A stretch of 64,000 bases of DNA from Trichoplax adhaerens (taxonomy: Eukaryota; Animalia; Placozoa). The DNA is taken from NCBI RefSeq assembly GCF_000150275.1, contig NW_002060945.1, positions 4,947,397-5,011,396 of the forward strand, written 5' to 3'. A program made the translations under genes and the position numbers. Positions 50,720 through 64,000 of this stretch are shown here, piece by piece. Numbering within the stretch: the stretch's first letter is position 1; each line of letters opens with the position of its first letter. Below the pieces are notes generated by a model. It made no database searches, was not told the origin of the DNA, and worked only from the letters and a program-made list of their open reading frames with translations.

Positions 50720-53700
50720 ATATACTATCCTTTCCATTTTCTGTAAAATGAGTAAATGAAATTTGTATATGTCTATACATTCTGCTATAGATATCGTACA
50801 TTGTAGTGTATAGAAATTATGTAATATCAAAAATACTGTTGATTCTAACAGTTGCGGTATACATGTATGGCAACTTGTAGTACTTTTGTAATTTGTGCTT
50901 ATGTAATTTGAGCTTATTTCATAATGCTCAAAAACGGAATCGCTTGACTGCGTCATGATCTACTTTGGAGCTACAGCAGGTTATTATATAGATTACAGTT
51001 CCTTTTCTGTACTTTCAATAAAACTGTTAATTTTGTATTTAGAATCACGTTTTATAATTCAAATTTGAATACTCTTTTAAGTGTATCAATTGTAGATAAA
51101 TGATAAGAGCAAGAAACGAAAGCGTACGTAGGAATAAACATGGAAATTTTCCAACAATTTTTCGAGATTCTGGCCTCGAACCCTTTACAAATAATTTAAA
51201 TACTTATAGTCTTTAAACTAGTTATTCAACATAGCATGCATGCCTGAAATAAGAATGTAATAGAAGAAACTGTCTTCACTTTCTAAAGTTTAACTAGAAT
51301 ACCGCACTCACTATGCGTATTTTGCTTGAGAGGTAACTCTGAAATGTTTATATTACTGAGTTTTCCGGAACTATGACTGGACAAGTTATTAGCATATTTA
51401 AACAGACTTAGCTGAATACATTCCCGGTCACGTATAATGGAAAAGGTAATGATACCTTCCAAATCTTATATATGTTGAAGTAATATCTGGCATAGGCGCG
51501 CTAACAGGTACAGTAATTCCGAATTTATAGTATAAAATTATATCACTATTGTTAATAAGCTATACTATGCCAGTGTACATGTACATTGTACAATTATGAT
51601 ACCTGATTATTTCGAGAAAACTACGTCACGGAATTGATCTTCATCGCTATTATGAAACTTTTAGCACATTACTTACTTTGGACTCTTGGGAAACTATCAT
51701 TGTTTTCCAGACTTGAATTTACGTGCTGTCTTCCATGAACCCTTTTCGTTCATAGTAATCGCAACCAAAATTATTTATTATGACAAATGAATAAAAAATT
51801 GAAGGTGTAGTAACAAGATGAGAACTTAAACCTCATACGATTGCGACACCGACTATCAAACAGAGAAGCACACTATTAAAAACAGTATGCTCAGTTGCTC
51901 ACTGCTTAACTCCATCCTACATTTGACGTCATAGACACTAATTATAATAAGTATATACTGGCTTATGTTTGGCAGTACCACAGCAGATATTTTGAGGAAT
52001 TGACGTATACCGAATTACAGTAAATAATCAATAGAAGCCAACATTGACAATTACTTGTTATTCAGATTGACATTTCCAAGATATCTTATGATGTAAGGCA
52101 TGAAAAATTATTTTAAGTTTCAATAGTTACTATAAGTTACAGATAGCCCTATTTTAAAATTCAAAATGGATAAAAACGGGTGGAGAGAGAAATTAGAAAT
52201 AATAAATAAATGAAACAGGCATACCTTTACTAATTCTTATCAGACTAAGGAAGCAATTATAATTTCATAAATTGTTGTGAATATCAGTTTATGTTTTCTT
52301 AAACTTGGCTTTATAAAACAAGAAGTAAATATCGTACTTTTAAACAACCAAAAGATTTACGGAAAAAAAACTTAAGTCAAAGCGATATATACACGTATAT
52401 CAATTACGAGTATATCTAGGGAACAAAAGAAAGAAGAAAACGGAAATATACAAAACTTAACTTCACAGTGAATGACATCTACTATTGTAATCTTTGAATA
52501 TATATTGCACTTTTAAGCCAAAAAGACTTCAATTTATTCTAAACTTAGAAAAGGAAGTACTATATAAGCCTTTTAATTGACGTTTGGAGTATCCTGTACG
52601 TAACATGTAAAGAAATTATAGGAACTACCTAAAAACGATACTTACTTTTTAAGTAGACCCTGGAAATTATCATTAGCTACTATATTTCCGGCCTATGCTG
52701 ATAGAGTATAAATGAAGTGATCTTTATATTTATCTGCTCGTATATCTACATATTAACTACGATAAAATAATTTCAGTAAGTATGAAGTTGTATACTGTAT
52801 GTATGAACAGATAGCTACGTAAAATATGAAGCAAAGAAATTACGTACTGCTAGAAGCAAATCTGTAATCAGTTATCGCCTGCTTTGAAATGCCAGACAAA
52901 GTGACGCCTGATAGTATAAACTAGATCCTAGTAGCTCATGTTGTTTGCTAGTCATTTTTCTGCCTACTGTTGTATGAGTACAATAAATCTATTAGCAGCC
53001 CGATATTCAAGTATTACAGTATTTGTTGATGCCTAGATATGGCCATAAATTACACTGCTATCCTTTCATAGTAGCCCAGATTACGTTCATGTTTCAGGTA
53101 TTGTGTTTACTGTTATACACAGTTCAAGATGCCACATTTCTCTGCGACCTAATTAAGCATTTATTTATGATCCAACCTCTATAACTATCATATCATCTAA
53201 CTACTTGGTTCTTTTATGTCTACATATACGTTGTCGATAGCAAATTTCATATATTTTCCAGTAATTCAATAGGCATAGGTCCATTAAAGCGCACATGGAT
53301 ACTGCCACCCTCTAAATTATTTGTATAATCAACATGAGTGTACTTATTTATAAATTTATTTTTGAAAAATTTATATATACTCGTATATATACGTGCCTAT
53401 ATATAGAGAGTCAACTGATTTCGTATATGCAACATTTACTTTTGTGAATTACTCTGTAGTAGTATATGATATATGCATTTAGAGTGGATTAGTGCTAATT
53501 CAGAATGATTGGATACACGACATCCCAAGTCTTTCCAACTATCCCTCACTTAAAAACTCCCAGCTTTTATACCCTGGACGGAGGATTATACCGTAACACT
53601 TGCAAGCTCTAACCATTGTGGTTCATCTATACGGCCTTAACATACATAGCCTTTCTGTGCTATACTATACTTTGGTAGCCTCGGGTATAAGTCTGTTTGT

Positions 53701-54659
53701 ACAGACTGCATGTATTAGTTGTTGATAATAATATTAAGAATACAATACAATATATCTTGCATGCGAGGTATATTTTAACAGATAAAGTCACAAATAGGCA
53801 AGCTTAATCATCAAGTTAAGAATGTTACGAAATACGAATATTATCACGTATTTTCTATCAATTGACAGGTTAAGAGAATAAGCCCCTGGGCGACATCTCA
53901 AACGAACCTCCGGATTTTATATCATTTCCCATAATATCCATGTATAACTGTATAAATGACCTAATGATGTATTGAAACTTTTAACTGCTAGCTTATTAAT
54001 AATTTCTGGTAAGAAGTTTCATTCAATAAAATTGATCACAGTAGCAATTGTCTTGTTAGCATAGCTTTCAAAATATCTTATCCTAGGTAACATATCCTAT
54101 TTTGGTGACTAATTTCAGTATGTATGACTATTTAGTATAGCATTTTATACTTTTGTTTTACTATAGACTATTTCATATTGTTATACAGAAATAGATTTAA
54201 TTTGCAATTAAAATATCATAGTGGTATCAATTTCCAAGTAATTAAGTCGGAGTAAAATTCATTTTTATTTTCCTGATAGTTTTTATTTCGATGATAGGTT
54301 TCTAATGGTCCAATGTTGTAATTTTGACGAATAATCAAACAAGCCAGCGAAATATATTAAATCAATTACTTGGACATAGCTTCCGACGGCATTTGCAACT
54401 GTTCGATTAAACTGAATATTTGCTCAGTAATTAAAAGTTCTGTCACATATTGGCATAAAGAAGAATGGATGGCAATACATGTTGCTACAATCTTTCAATA
54501 TAGACTGTTGAATATAGTAGGTACATTTTTCAAGTAATATAGTTCGTTTCGATTATACTAGTACAAACTCCCGTCGCTTTGCTGACGGTTTACGATAATG
54601 TGCTCATTTAACAGATAGTATTACCATTTGATAGACCTGTCAGAGGTTCAGTAACTTTA

Positions 54660-54725
54660 TACCGTGTATTGTATGCTGTACAAATGTACGGTACAGCACT
54701 ACAATACTGTACAGTACTTTTACTT
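54660..54725. repeat. Small isolated TACAG/CTGTA cluster
   Basis: tgtacaaatgtacggtacagcactacaatactgtacagtac, the same motif family as the arrays at other gene starts. Confidence 0.5.
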
Positions 54726-57299
54726 GCCAATCGATGATGAACTAGTCAGCATTAGTATTAAGCGTAAGAGCACGTATATGTTACTATACACGTACTTGCC
54801 TTACTTCGTTGCTATACTCCTATTACAACATTCATATCTTATCAAGCCTGTTCTTCTTCAGCTTATTACCATCATTGTAATCGTCGATTCAATTAAAGCT
54901 ATTAGACATTGTCTATCTATTCTTTTTTCACGTTGTGATAATTGTGTTTCCTAGTTAGTGAAATAAAATTTCAACTGCTGCGGTTAATTATTCAACTATT
55001 GTACCCTAATAAAATAATAAGTTCAATCATTCTATTTGAATCGCATTGTTATAATGTGTTTTTATGAATAATCTAAGTTAATGATGTCATAACTATTTGT
55101 GATTTTCATATAATCTTGTTGCCATCATAGATAGAAATTAAGGAGGTTATAAAAATTTAGTTTCAGCCGAAACATAACCTGTACAGCAAGCTAGCTATCA
55201 TTACTTGATTTTATCGGCAGATCAGATATTTTTACCGAATTAGCCGGTAATTAAATTTTGTTTTCAAGCAAGATATTGCTATGGAAATTTTTCTATTGAT
55301 ACATGTAGTGACATAGCCGAGCTACTATTCGATTTTGTAACTCTATTTCACATTTAAGCTTACTGTATGCCAAGATAACGACTTAGCTTCGATATTAATG
55401 ACATATCCTGTAAGTTGAAAAATCTTATATGACTGAATATACTGTCCTATCCTATTCTGCGCTATCTTCTAACTCTTTGAATTTCTTCTTCACATAAAAG
55501 CAACTTACTGTTAATAATAACTTATTTTTTAAGTATCAATCTTTATCTTAGTGTTTACCTCTACTTTGACAATCACCGATTGATTAGACATCCGTAGCTG
55601 CTACACACTTTATTAACAGAGTGAATTATTTTTATAGCCAACTATGGATATTCATATGAAAAGATTATTGTTATTGAGAAAAATATGGTTTTTAAGAGGA
55701 GCTATTATAATGATTATATATATTTATTATTAGATTTAATAGGATGGGCTATTCTCTCATTTGGAACTATTCATTATTATTAAAGTTAGAAGGTTGCTAA
55801 GGAGGTTCTAGTAACTTATTTGCATACTGCAGTTTGTTTACTAATGGATTGGAATAGATAAAGAGAATACAAATCGTCGTCACAACCACCTATTATCCAA
55901 TAATTCTATAACACATACACAAAAAAGGAATCAAGGCTTTATTTAACTAAATAGATCACCATTATGGACGCATAGTGGAATATTATTGATGCAGACTTCA
56001 CCTTTTTGGTCGTTCAGTCTATTTCTACTATTATGATGATTAAAATAGAACAGTTGACTGCACTCTGATTGTCTCTTACTATTCTATCATCTGTATCTTA
56101 GCCTGTATTGGATACCAATTTAACCCATCTAAGAAATATACGTGTATAATTACGATTTACTGATGAGTAAAAATCGAGATTCTGTTTTGTCTGGCTTCTT
56201 AGTAATAGCACGCCTAAGTATCAAAATTATTAAGAAATCAAATTACGATCATCAAATATACTGTAATTAACAAAAGGAAAAAGATTTAAAATTACTATTG
56301 AAAGTTTGAATCGTTAGGTTGCGCCTTTCAAGATTATAATAAGTACGAGTGCTTAATGGTCATCGATTAAAGGCCGATCCATAAAGTGGAAGTTGAATCA
56401 ATAAATCAAAGAGCGAGCGTATCGGTTGCACTTAAACCAATCGATATTAAGAAAAAGTGGATCGTGATCAAAGGTAAATGTGTATTTTTTCATTCAATTT
56501 AAATACCATTTCTTCTATCAAATTTAATGGGGTAAATTGTTCTTCACTACCGTACCGGTGCAAGTAATGTTAAATTTAGTATATTTTTAACAATATTAAC
56601 TACCGTGCTACATGATTATTAATATAACCATCTACATGATTATCTTACATAATTTTTTTTAGCATCGGTTCTTCTTATTATTGCTCCTTATACATTATAA
56701 AACGTTTGCATAGTTTCGGCTATTTATTCTCTTATATTTGCTGTTATAATAAACTTAAAACTTTGTAACAGATTAAAATGTACGAACATCCATTTCAGCA
56801 CACATAAGTATAGAAAAAATAATTATTTGCTATTGCATCCTTATTTTTTACTTTTCAAGTATACCAATTTAACTGACGATGATTCAATTATGCAATGACT
56901 AATACGATAAATCACCAGAAGGTCCTTTCGTTACGTAAATTAACATCATATCATCTTTTAAGAGGAGTAAGAAGTGTTCCATCTATAACCGTAATTTCAT
57001 GATTGCTTCAAAGGCTTCCTTTGACTGCTTTTTCCATACGTTATTGTAGTATTAACAGGAAGTAAATTGTATTTAAATGAGTCAATTGATGGCTATCATA
57101 ACGCGAAAGGAAATCTCAGATTTTATTTATCAATCCATTTATATCACAGCATATGTAATAAATCGTTTGCGATATTGGAAATATCATTACTTTCAGTACA
57201 TTATATATATACATATATAACTATGCATCTCATGTTAAAATATGTTGAAATATAAAAATCAACGACGAAGTATTAAATTAAAAAATATTTCACACAGTG

Positions 57300-58860
57300 A
57301 AGTATCACCTTGTTAAAGAATGAAGTTCTAGCTTAAATTTGAAATTTACACGACTACTTTTGCTGACGATATTCGAAGCAATTGCATTGAAATTATTTTT
57401 TTGATTTAGAAACAATACAATCTCAATGCAAGTGATCTATATTATGGACCTAATTTTTGCCTTTGTAGTATTAACTTTTTCTATTAGGATTAGTAAAGTT
57501 ATCGGATTTGATTGAATTTGCGTATAGTAGTTTTTCATCGGTTTATTAAATTTGCTAGATAGTAATTTACATCCAATTCTGTCGAATCTTTTATTCAATC
57601 AAGATGATACACCAGCTGATTCTAAATGATTTACTTTAAACTGACACCTACACTTTTCTTCGTATTATGTTACGTCTAAAAATAATATTAATTATTTTAC
57701 TAAAATCTTACTATTAAAATTATTTTTCCTCGAATTAGTAGGCTTTCCAGTATTTTACCTCAAATTCTCTCCTAGCAGCCTTATAAAATTCTCCAGAAGA
57801 AAGTGAAAATCAATAATTTTTGCACTTTTCTTCCGATAAAATCTTTCTGAAACAATTTATTTTAAAGACAGTTCATTGGCTGGATAACAACGCTCTTTGA
57901 GTAAAAGTAATCATTGTAAGGAAAAGCATACAACAGTAGCGAAAATAATAACGGGAAGATACTATAAGGTACCGTAGTTTCTAACATTTTTCCTCTATAA
58001 ATAAATATACATATATATGTACTTAGAGGTGATCATTCTGCTGTTTAACAAATTTTGCTAATAGATTATTATAAACGTATCTACTAGAACTATCCAAACT
58101 GTTAAAGGAATTATACAAGTCTCCATTTCATATCGATAATATTAATTTACTAACTTGGCTCATCAAAGAAAATAATCTGACAAAGAGCTCTGTCTATAAA
58201 AGTCATTTCTTCATTTTACTGTCTAACAAAATCATTAACCTCTCTACGCCTTTTCAAACTACTAAGTGATATCTTTGTTATTGATATCCTGGATATTGTT
58301 AATCTTTCATACATATTAACCTGTCTACTTGCTTTCATTGATAATTACATTATTTCAGTTTTCTCATCAAAGATGAATACTGGTAATTTAGTACATCAAC
58401 TATTATCATTCTCACGTTAAGGTTGAGAAAAATTATTAAAATTTTCTCAGGATAGTACCGTAACAAGAAGAACATACAGTGGAATAGTTCATAAAAGAAA
58501 TTCTTCATCTTTCATGCTCCATCAGAATATTTAAATTTATAAAAGAACTTTTAATATTTTGTTTATTCATAACGTCATCTCATCGATCTAAACCCAGATA
58601 GAGATAATAAGAAAAAAATTCGTAATACCATAAATTGGTCAAATCTAAACAACTTGATTTCTTTCATCATTAGCATTACGGATAAATTGAAATTCAATTT
58701 TACGACAAACAGTCATCAAATTCAAGTCAAAAGCTGTCTAAGCCTAGGAATACATGAAAGATATTTCATTGGCACATTTATCAAAAATTAAATAAGATAG
58801 AGAGTCCCGTCTAATTATTTATTAATGCTATTCTATTCTTGACTGATCATTTCTTCGAAT
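57300..58860 (-). pseudogene. Possible decayed coding sequence (family not identified)
   Basis: Purine-rich, codon-like - strand segments such as LKRRREVNDFVRQ*NEEMTFIDRALCQIIFFDEPS and SGEFYKAARREFEVKYWKAY*FEEK, with many stops and frameshifts. Confidence 0.3.
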
Positions 58861-59553
58861 CATGAACTTTAATTATTGAAGTGGAGCCCTCAGTCAGCAT
58901 TGAATAGTGAAGATTAAAGGGAAATTACTTTATTTTATATTTTTTAACATTTATCGTCAGTTTTAATCACCTTTAACTGATAAAACTGCGTTTATGATTA
59001 CTTATATCTATTGATAACTAACGTGCCCATTAGATTGAATTTTCAACTTATTGACATTTACCCTCAACTATTTAAACATTAGCGCTACATCAAACTACAA
59101 TCAATATATGATTGTTAATTAATCTGAAGTCAAACTCAAGGAAAAGTAATTGAACATCTAAATTGTCTGGTTGTTCCTGTTAAATTGTTTATATATATAT
59201 ACCAAGTTAATTAGATTAAATTTATAACATGTTTACCATTTAAATTGCTAAGTTGTCATCTGTAAGTAGATCATCGGGCGCGATATTGGTTATTTAACCT
59301 AGAGTTCACTCGAATTTTACAAATTAATTTCGAATTGATTCAGTAACAGTACTAAATATTGGAAAAATCTAATATTGTTTTTGTTATCATACCTTCTACA
59401 TATCAATTCTGCATATTCTTTATCACGTATTAAAAATTTCTTCTTTAACGTTATCTAACATTACTCTTTACTACCAATCGAAAATTGATCGCTACTATTT
59501 ATATATTTCTCTTGCCTATTAGTCGGGGTAAAGTTGACGTAAGATTTTAAATT

Positions 59554-62500
59554 ATGGCTGCCATCCCAAATGGAAGTACGTTCTATAATTTTAGTAACGG
59601 TTTCATCGTTGAATATGACGGATCGTGCAGTAGTTGGCTATTAATAATAGGTGAAAATTTTTGGCATCCAGCTGTACGTTGCATCCTATACATTGCTGCT
59701 ATGATTTACTTATTTGTTGGTGTTGCAATCATGTCTGACGTCTTTATGGGTGCTATTGAAGTTATAACGAGCAAAAAGAAAACTGTTATTACTTACGACC
59801 GTGAAACCGGTGAACAGGCGACTAAAGAAGTATTAATATGGAATGAGACGGTAGCCAATCTATCGTTAATGGCGTTAGGTTCATCGGCGCCCGAGATTTT
59901 GCTATCTATTGTTGAAACAGTCTCTGAAATATCTGATCCTAACAGTGTAGCTGATGGTTTAGGGTCATTTACTATTATTGGTTCAGCGTCATTTAATTTA
60001 TTAATTATAACCGCAGTTTGTATCGTTAGCGTACCGGCTCCTCATTATAAACGCGTTAAAGAGTTTGGCGTTTTTATTATCACGGCAATATGGTCGGTAT
60101 TTGCTTATGTGTGGATGTTGATTGTAACTACCGTATGGACGCCTAATAAAATTGATATATTCGAAGCATGGATTACATTAGCCTTTTTCCCATTACTTAT
60201 ATTAACTGCTTGGGCCCAAGATAATGGTTGGTGGTGGAAAAGACATTCCCAAATATTACCTAATGAGGATAAATCACTAACGGTAAGGATTCGTAAATTT
60301 TTCTTTGCTGGTTATGCTCTAAATTATTAAAATGAAGCATATACCCTCACCCATAATTTGATTTTCTTCTCGATATTTTACTTAAGTTATCTATTCGATC
60401 GTAGACTAATTAAGATTACTTTAAGATCATTAGCAAGCGATAATTTAGTTTGGTTGTGATATTTTGGTATCAGAAGGTTAGTGGGTATAATACTGAGTTG
60501 AAAGTATTGAGCTTATTAACGCCAAGTTTTTAATATTATTAACCTATCATTCATTAACAATAATTATATACTACCAGAATAAATCAATCAGTACAGATAG
60601 TTTGCAATGAAAATTTTATTTTATTCAGCTAATATGAAAAATGATAATCAAATGCAATTTTTGTCAATAATGTAATTAGTGTACAGCAAATACGCTTAAA
60701 ATANNNNNNNNNNNNNNNNNNNNNNNNNNNNNNNNNNNNNNNNNNNNNNNNNNNNNNNNNNNNNNNNNNNNNNNNNNNNNNNNNNNGTCTGATAACTATT
60801 TTACAGCAAAAACTCTATAAAAACAAAGTAAAATATGACGTTGGATTTTTGTAATATTATAAAAGCGTCTAGTTTAATTCGAAGATATTTAAAATTTTAG
60901 ATTTCTGCAGTACATGTTCTTATAGATCTAATCATCATCGCAATGATAACGGAGGACTTAATTTTGTGACCTTCCAATTATTAATTTTACTATTGATGAA
61001 TTAAAAACACATTTTATAGACTTGATTAAAAGCATTATTATACGTTTATTAAATTTTCATTCAAAATGGTAGTAACCGCTGTTTTGATGTTAAAGATCAA
61101 TTGAAGTTAGGTAGCTAATTTAATTTAAGGTCACTAGTTTTTGTCTTGTTTATTCTATCATGCTAATGGATAATGGTACGATATATTAAATCAAAAAGAC
61201 AATCAAGTATGTTATGCTTTTATATATATAGCATACAGACATAGTTATACATACGTAAAAATAATCAGATACGCTTATTAAAAAATTATTAGAGGTGAAA
61301 TTCATCCTACTTACGATTGGCTTTGATAGAAAAATAATTTGTAAAATCGTACAGTATTAAAAATAGCCTTACTCTTTTGGTTTTTAATTATTTCATTGGT
61401 ATAGCCAGTTTATTCTTTATTTTTGATGATACTGCTTTACACCTGGCTTAATTTTTGCAAAAATACTGCAAGTTTTATAAAGTGTTCATCGATAATTATT
61501 AATTAACGGCATGATGCAATAAGACATCATACCATAGTATCAATACTGGACTACTCTATCTTGCTATTTCTGTAGCAATCTCATAATAATATAGTAAATT
61601 AATTCGAACTTTACTGTCTTCTTTCTGGATTTGCGATCCGTACATACGGAGATATTTTTGTTACATTAACATTTCCATATAGACAGATCGTTTGACATGG
61701 AATTTATTAATACTTACGGTACTGCATTTGTCAAAATGACTGACAAGGTTTCCTTTATGAATGACTTTAGGTACGCGTTGTCGGCGGTAAAAGCCGCCAT
61801 CCATCTGCCTCTATCATACGGAGTACTTCTAGAGAATTATCAAATGTTCACCGAGAAAGCGTTGCTTCTGCTCATAATAGCACTTACGACCTGGAGTCGG
61901 TTACGAAATTGAATCCTGGCGAAAATAGGAGTCGAGCAAAGTAAATTAGATTAAATAATTAATAGGCTGTATTGCAAAATTATTGCTAAATTAATTTCTA
62001 CTAGTATACGTTGTAATAAGTAACTAATCACAAAAAGATTGTCATTTCTTTTAAGGACTCGGCTATTTTAATTTAAATGTACAGTACACCGTTAGTGAAA
62101 CGTGATCTATTGCTGCATCGTATTCTATTTATATCAATTTGCTTTAATTCCGGTACTTATCCAGTTCCGCCCGCACAAGTATTTCCAGAAGTAGCTTTGT
62201 CTATGAAGACCATGGTAAAATACAAGTAGATATTAAACCCTCAAATAGCTTTGCTCGAGCTAGGTAAGCAGTTTTGAGTGCGTATAATCTTATTGTTACT
62301 TCCTAGTGAGGTTATAATCTTATAATTTTCCTGTAAAATTTCGAAAAATCAGTGTTAAAACCTTTTAGTTCGACAAATGACGTATATTATTTTATCGAAC
62401 TAAATTTGATATTTTCAAAAATGAACAATGTTTCAGATTTCGTCACGCTGCTATCCGTTCATTGATGGGAGGTAAAAGGCATCGAAGGTCCAAATCAGTT

Positions 62501-63880
62501 ACTGATAAGATGGTAGAGTTAGAGTCTGGATTATTCAATTCATCTGAACCTAAAATGGCCCATTTTGTTAATATAATTACGCATCGTTTAAACGAACAAT
62601 CTAACGCTTCTAGCAGTAAGTTGGGGTATCAGTAATGTTCTTTTACTATCCTGGTATACAAGATTATTCGGGGATAATAATTGTAAAACTGTACATTAGA
62701 TTCATATTTAAAATTGTATTAAATCAAAAAGCACATGCATCTTGAAAAACATTAATCAAAAAGTTACATTAGTTAATAAATGTTAGTAAAGCTTACTTTG
62801 TACTTTGCTGTTTTATTGGCGCATAAGTAAAAGACCTGTATTATCATTAGTTTTTCTTGACACTACTCCTTATTTTCAATTAGGGAGATCAAATTTATAC
62901 GCTAATTCGCTTTTATGCTGGGCTTATCTTTGTAATTTATTAAGTTCCATTCACTAATACAATAAGGAAGACTATGATACTATTAATATACGATCGCATT
63001 ACTTTTAACGCTTATAATAATGTCGTTGATTACATTTATTTAATCGCTTATATCATTTAGTTAATGCAAACGGTGTTTATCTTGATTTCTCATGAACGCA
63101 AATATAATCATCCAATTTAACACACTTGGGCATAAATCTCTAGTATTGATTCGACAATGAACTGCAAATAATTCATTCATTAATGTTTTAATATCAAAAT
63201 TTTTTATATCTAATGCAAATAGGGAATATAGCAGCTACATTTGTATTCGAAATTGCGGCATATTCAGTCCGAGAAGATAGCGGTTCCATTGATTTAATTG
63301 TTTTGCTAAATCGTCACAGGTACTATCTGGCATAATTTTATGAAACATCGTGTCAATTAAGAAACTTTGTATTAAATCAGTCATAAATACGCTTATTAAT
63401 AAAATTATGTTCATATTCCTCTGACTTCCAATTTTTTCTAAAATAGGGCCTTAATTAAAAAATCCCAAGAAAACAAGAATAATAAGACCGTTACATTTGG
63501 CTTAGGCAAATCGGTAATGGAATCTAGTATTGTGTTGTTAGTGGTACTAAAGCAAAATCATTCATAGTGGGACTTCATATTTGATACTGTGATCAAAAAA
63601 TTTTGCAGTAACGTAAATTAAAGTGAAATCGATTCATAAAATTTTTATGCTCTAGACGTCTGAAACCATCATTAAAAGTCTTAGCAGCAGCTTCAAGACC
63701 GATAAATCGATAAAGTCATGTGATCCTATAACTGAAGAAAGTATCCAAGATTTAGAATCGTCAAGGTATAGCGATGAGGAAGGAGATGATGCCACTCAGA
63801 ATAACTTTTCTGTAGATTTTGAGACTCGGGATGGTGGTGCTAAGCAAGGTGTTAATTTCAAATATTCCGCTGGCAGGCTG
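59554..63880 (+). CDS. SLC8A (NCX): Na+/Ca2+ exchanger (SLC8/NCX family), 5' portion continuing past the right edge. Exons 59554-60282, 61771-61940, 62165-62263, 62437-62615, 63223-63319, 63447-63513, 63656-63880
   Basis: YLFVGVAIMSDVFMGAIEVITS, alpha-1 repeat IWNETVANLSLMALGSSAPEILLSIVE, LGSFTIIGSASFNL, WSVFAYVWML, ARARFRHAAIRSLMGG, then Calx-beta strands FVFEIAAYSVREDSGSIDLIVLL and FSVDFETRDGGAKQGVNF. Phases are consistent. Confidence 0.95.
60704..60786. other. Assembly gap (N run) inside the first coding intron of NCX
   Basis: Run of n characters. Confidence 0.99.
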
Positions 63881-64000
63881 GTACGAATTCATTTATTTAA
63901 TCTAGTTGTATTTTATTATATCAAATAACAGTCGAATACAGAAAGGGAAGAAGATAAAAAGGAAATTAACAATCTTATATGAATTCTAGATTGTGGAATG

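Noticed and set aside
55950-56130. WNIID plus hydrophobic stretch resembling a TRP or voltage-gated channel S2-S3 segment
   Set aside because: Too short and interrupted by stops to assign a family.
61697-61912. 71-aa track ORF inside NCX
   Set aside because: Out-of-frame overlap with the real NCX exon 61771-61940.

Overview
AT-rich, intron-dense eukaryotic (animal) genomic DNA. Composition, short GT-AG introns and gene content suggest an early-branching metazoan, most likely a placozoan such as Trichoplax (inference, not verified). Manual splicing of exons gives seven protein-coding genes: (1) the 5' part of a CHD1/CHD2 chromatin remodeller (- strand, runs off the left edge, apparent 1-nt frameshift in a GAT repeat); (2) a head-to-head ~974-aa uncharacterised basic, low-complexity protein; (3) intronless FoxB; (4) a complete 3-exon RGM (repulsive guidance molecule) whose GDPH autocleavage site reads GSWH; (5) UBL7; (6) a MUM1/PWWP3-like gene with four PWWP domains from an internal A-B-A'-B' duplication; (7) the 5' part of an SLC8/NCX Na+/Ca2+ exchanger with a large insertion in its first Calx-beta domain. 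Non-coding highlights are (TACAG)n/(CTGTA)n palindromic arrays concentrated at gene 5' ends, a ~557-bp foldback with nested hairpins upstream of UBL7, a duplicated splice acceptor in UBL7 intron 1, several decayed coding-like tracts, and a ~15.5-kb gene-poor region upstream of FoxB. The CHD-FoxB-RGM-UBL7 neighbourhood mirrors human chromosome 15q linkage. Most short ORFs in the supplied track are spurious or are exon fragments.
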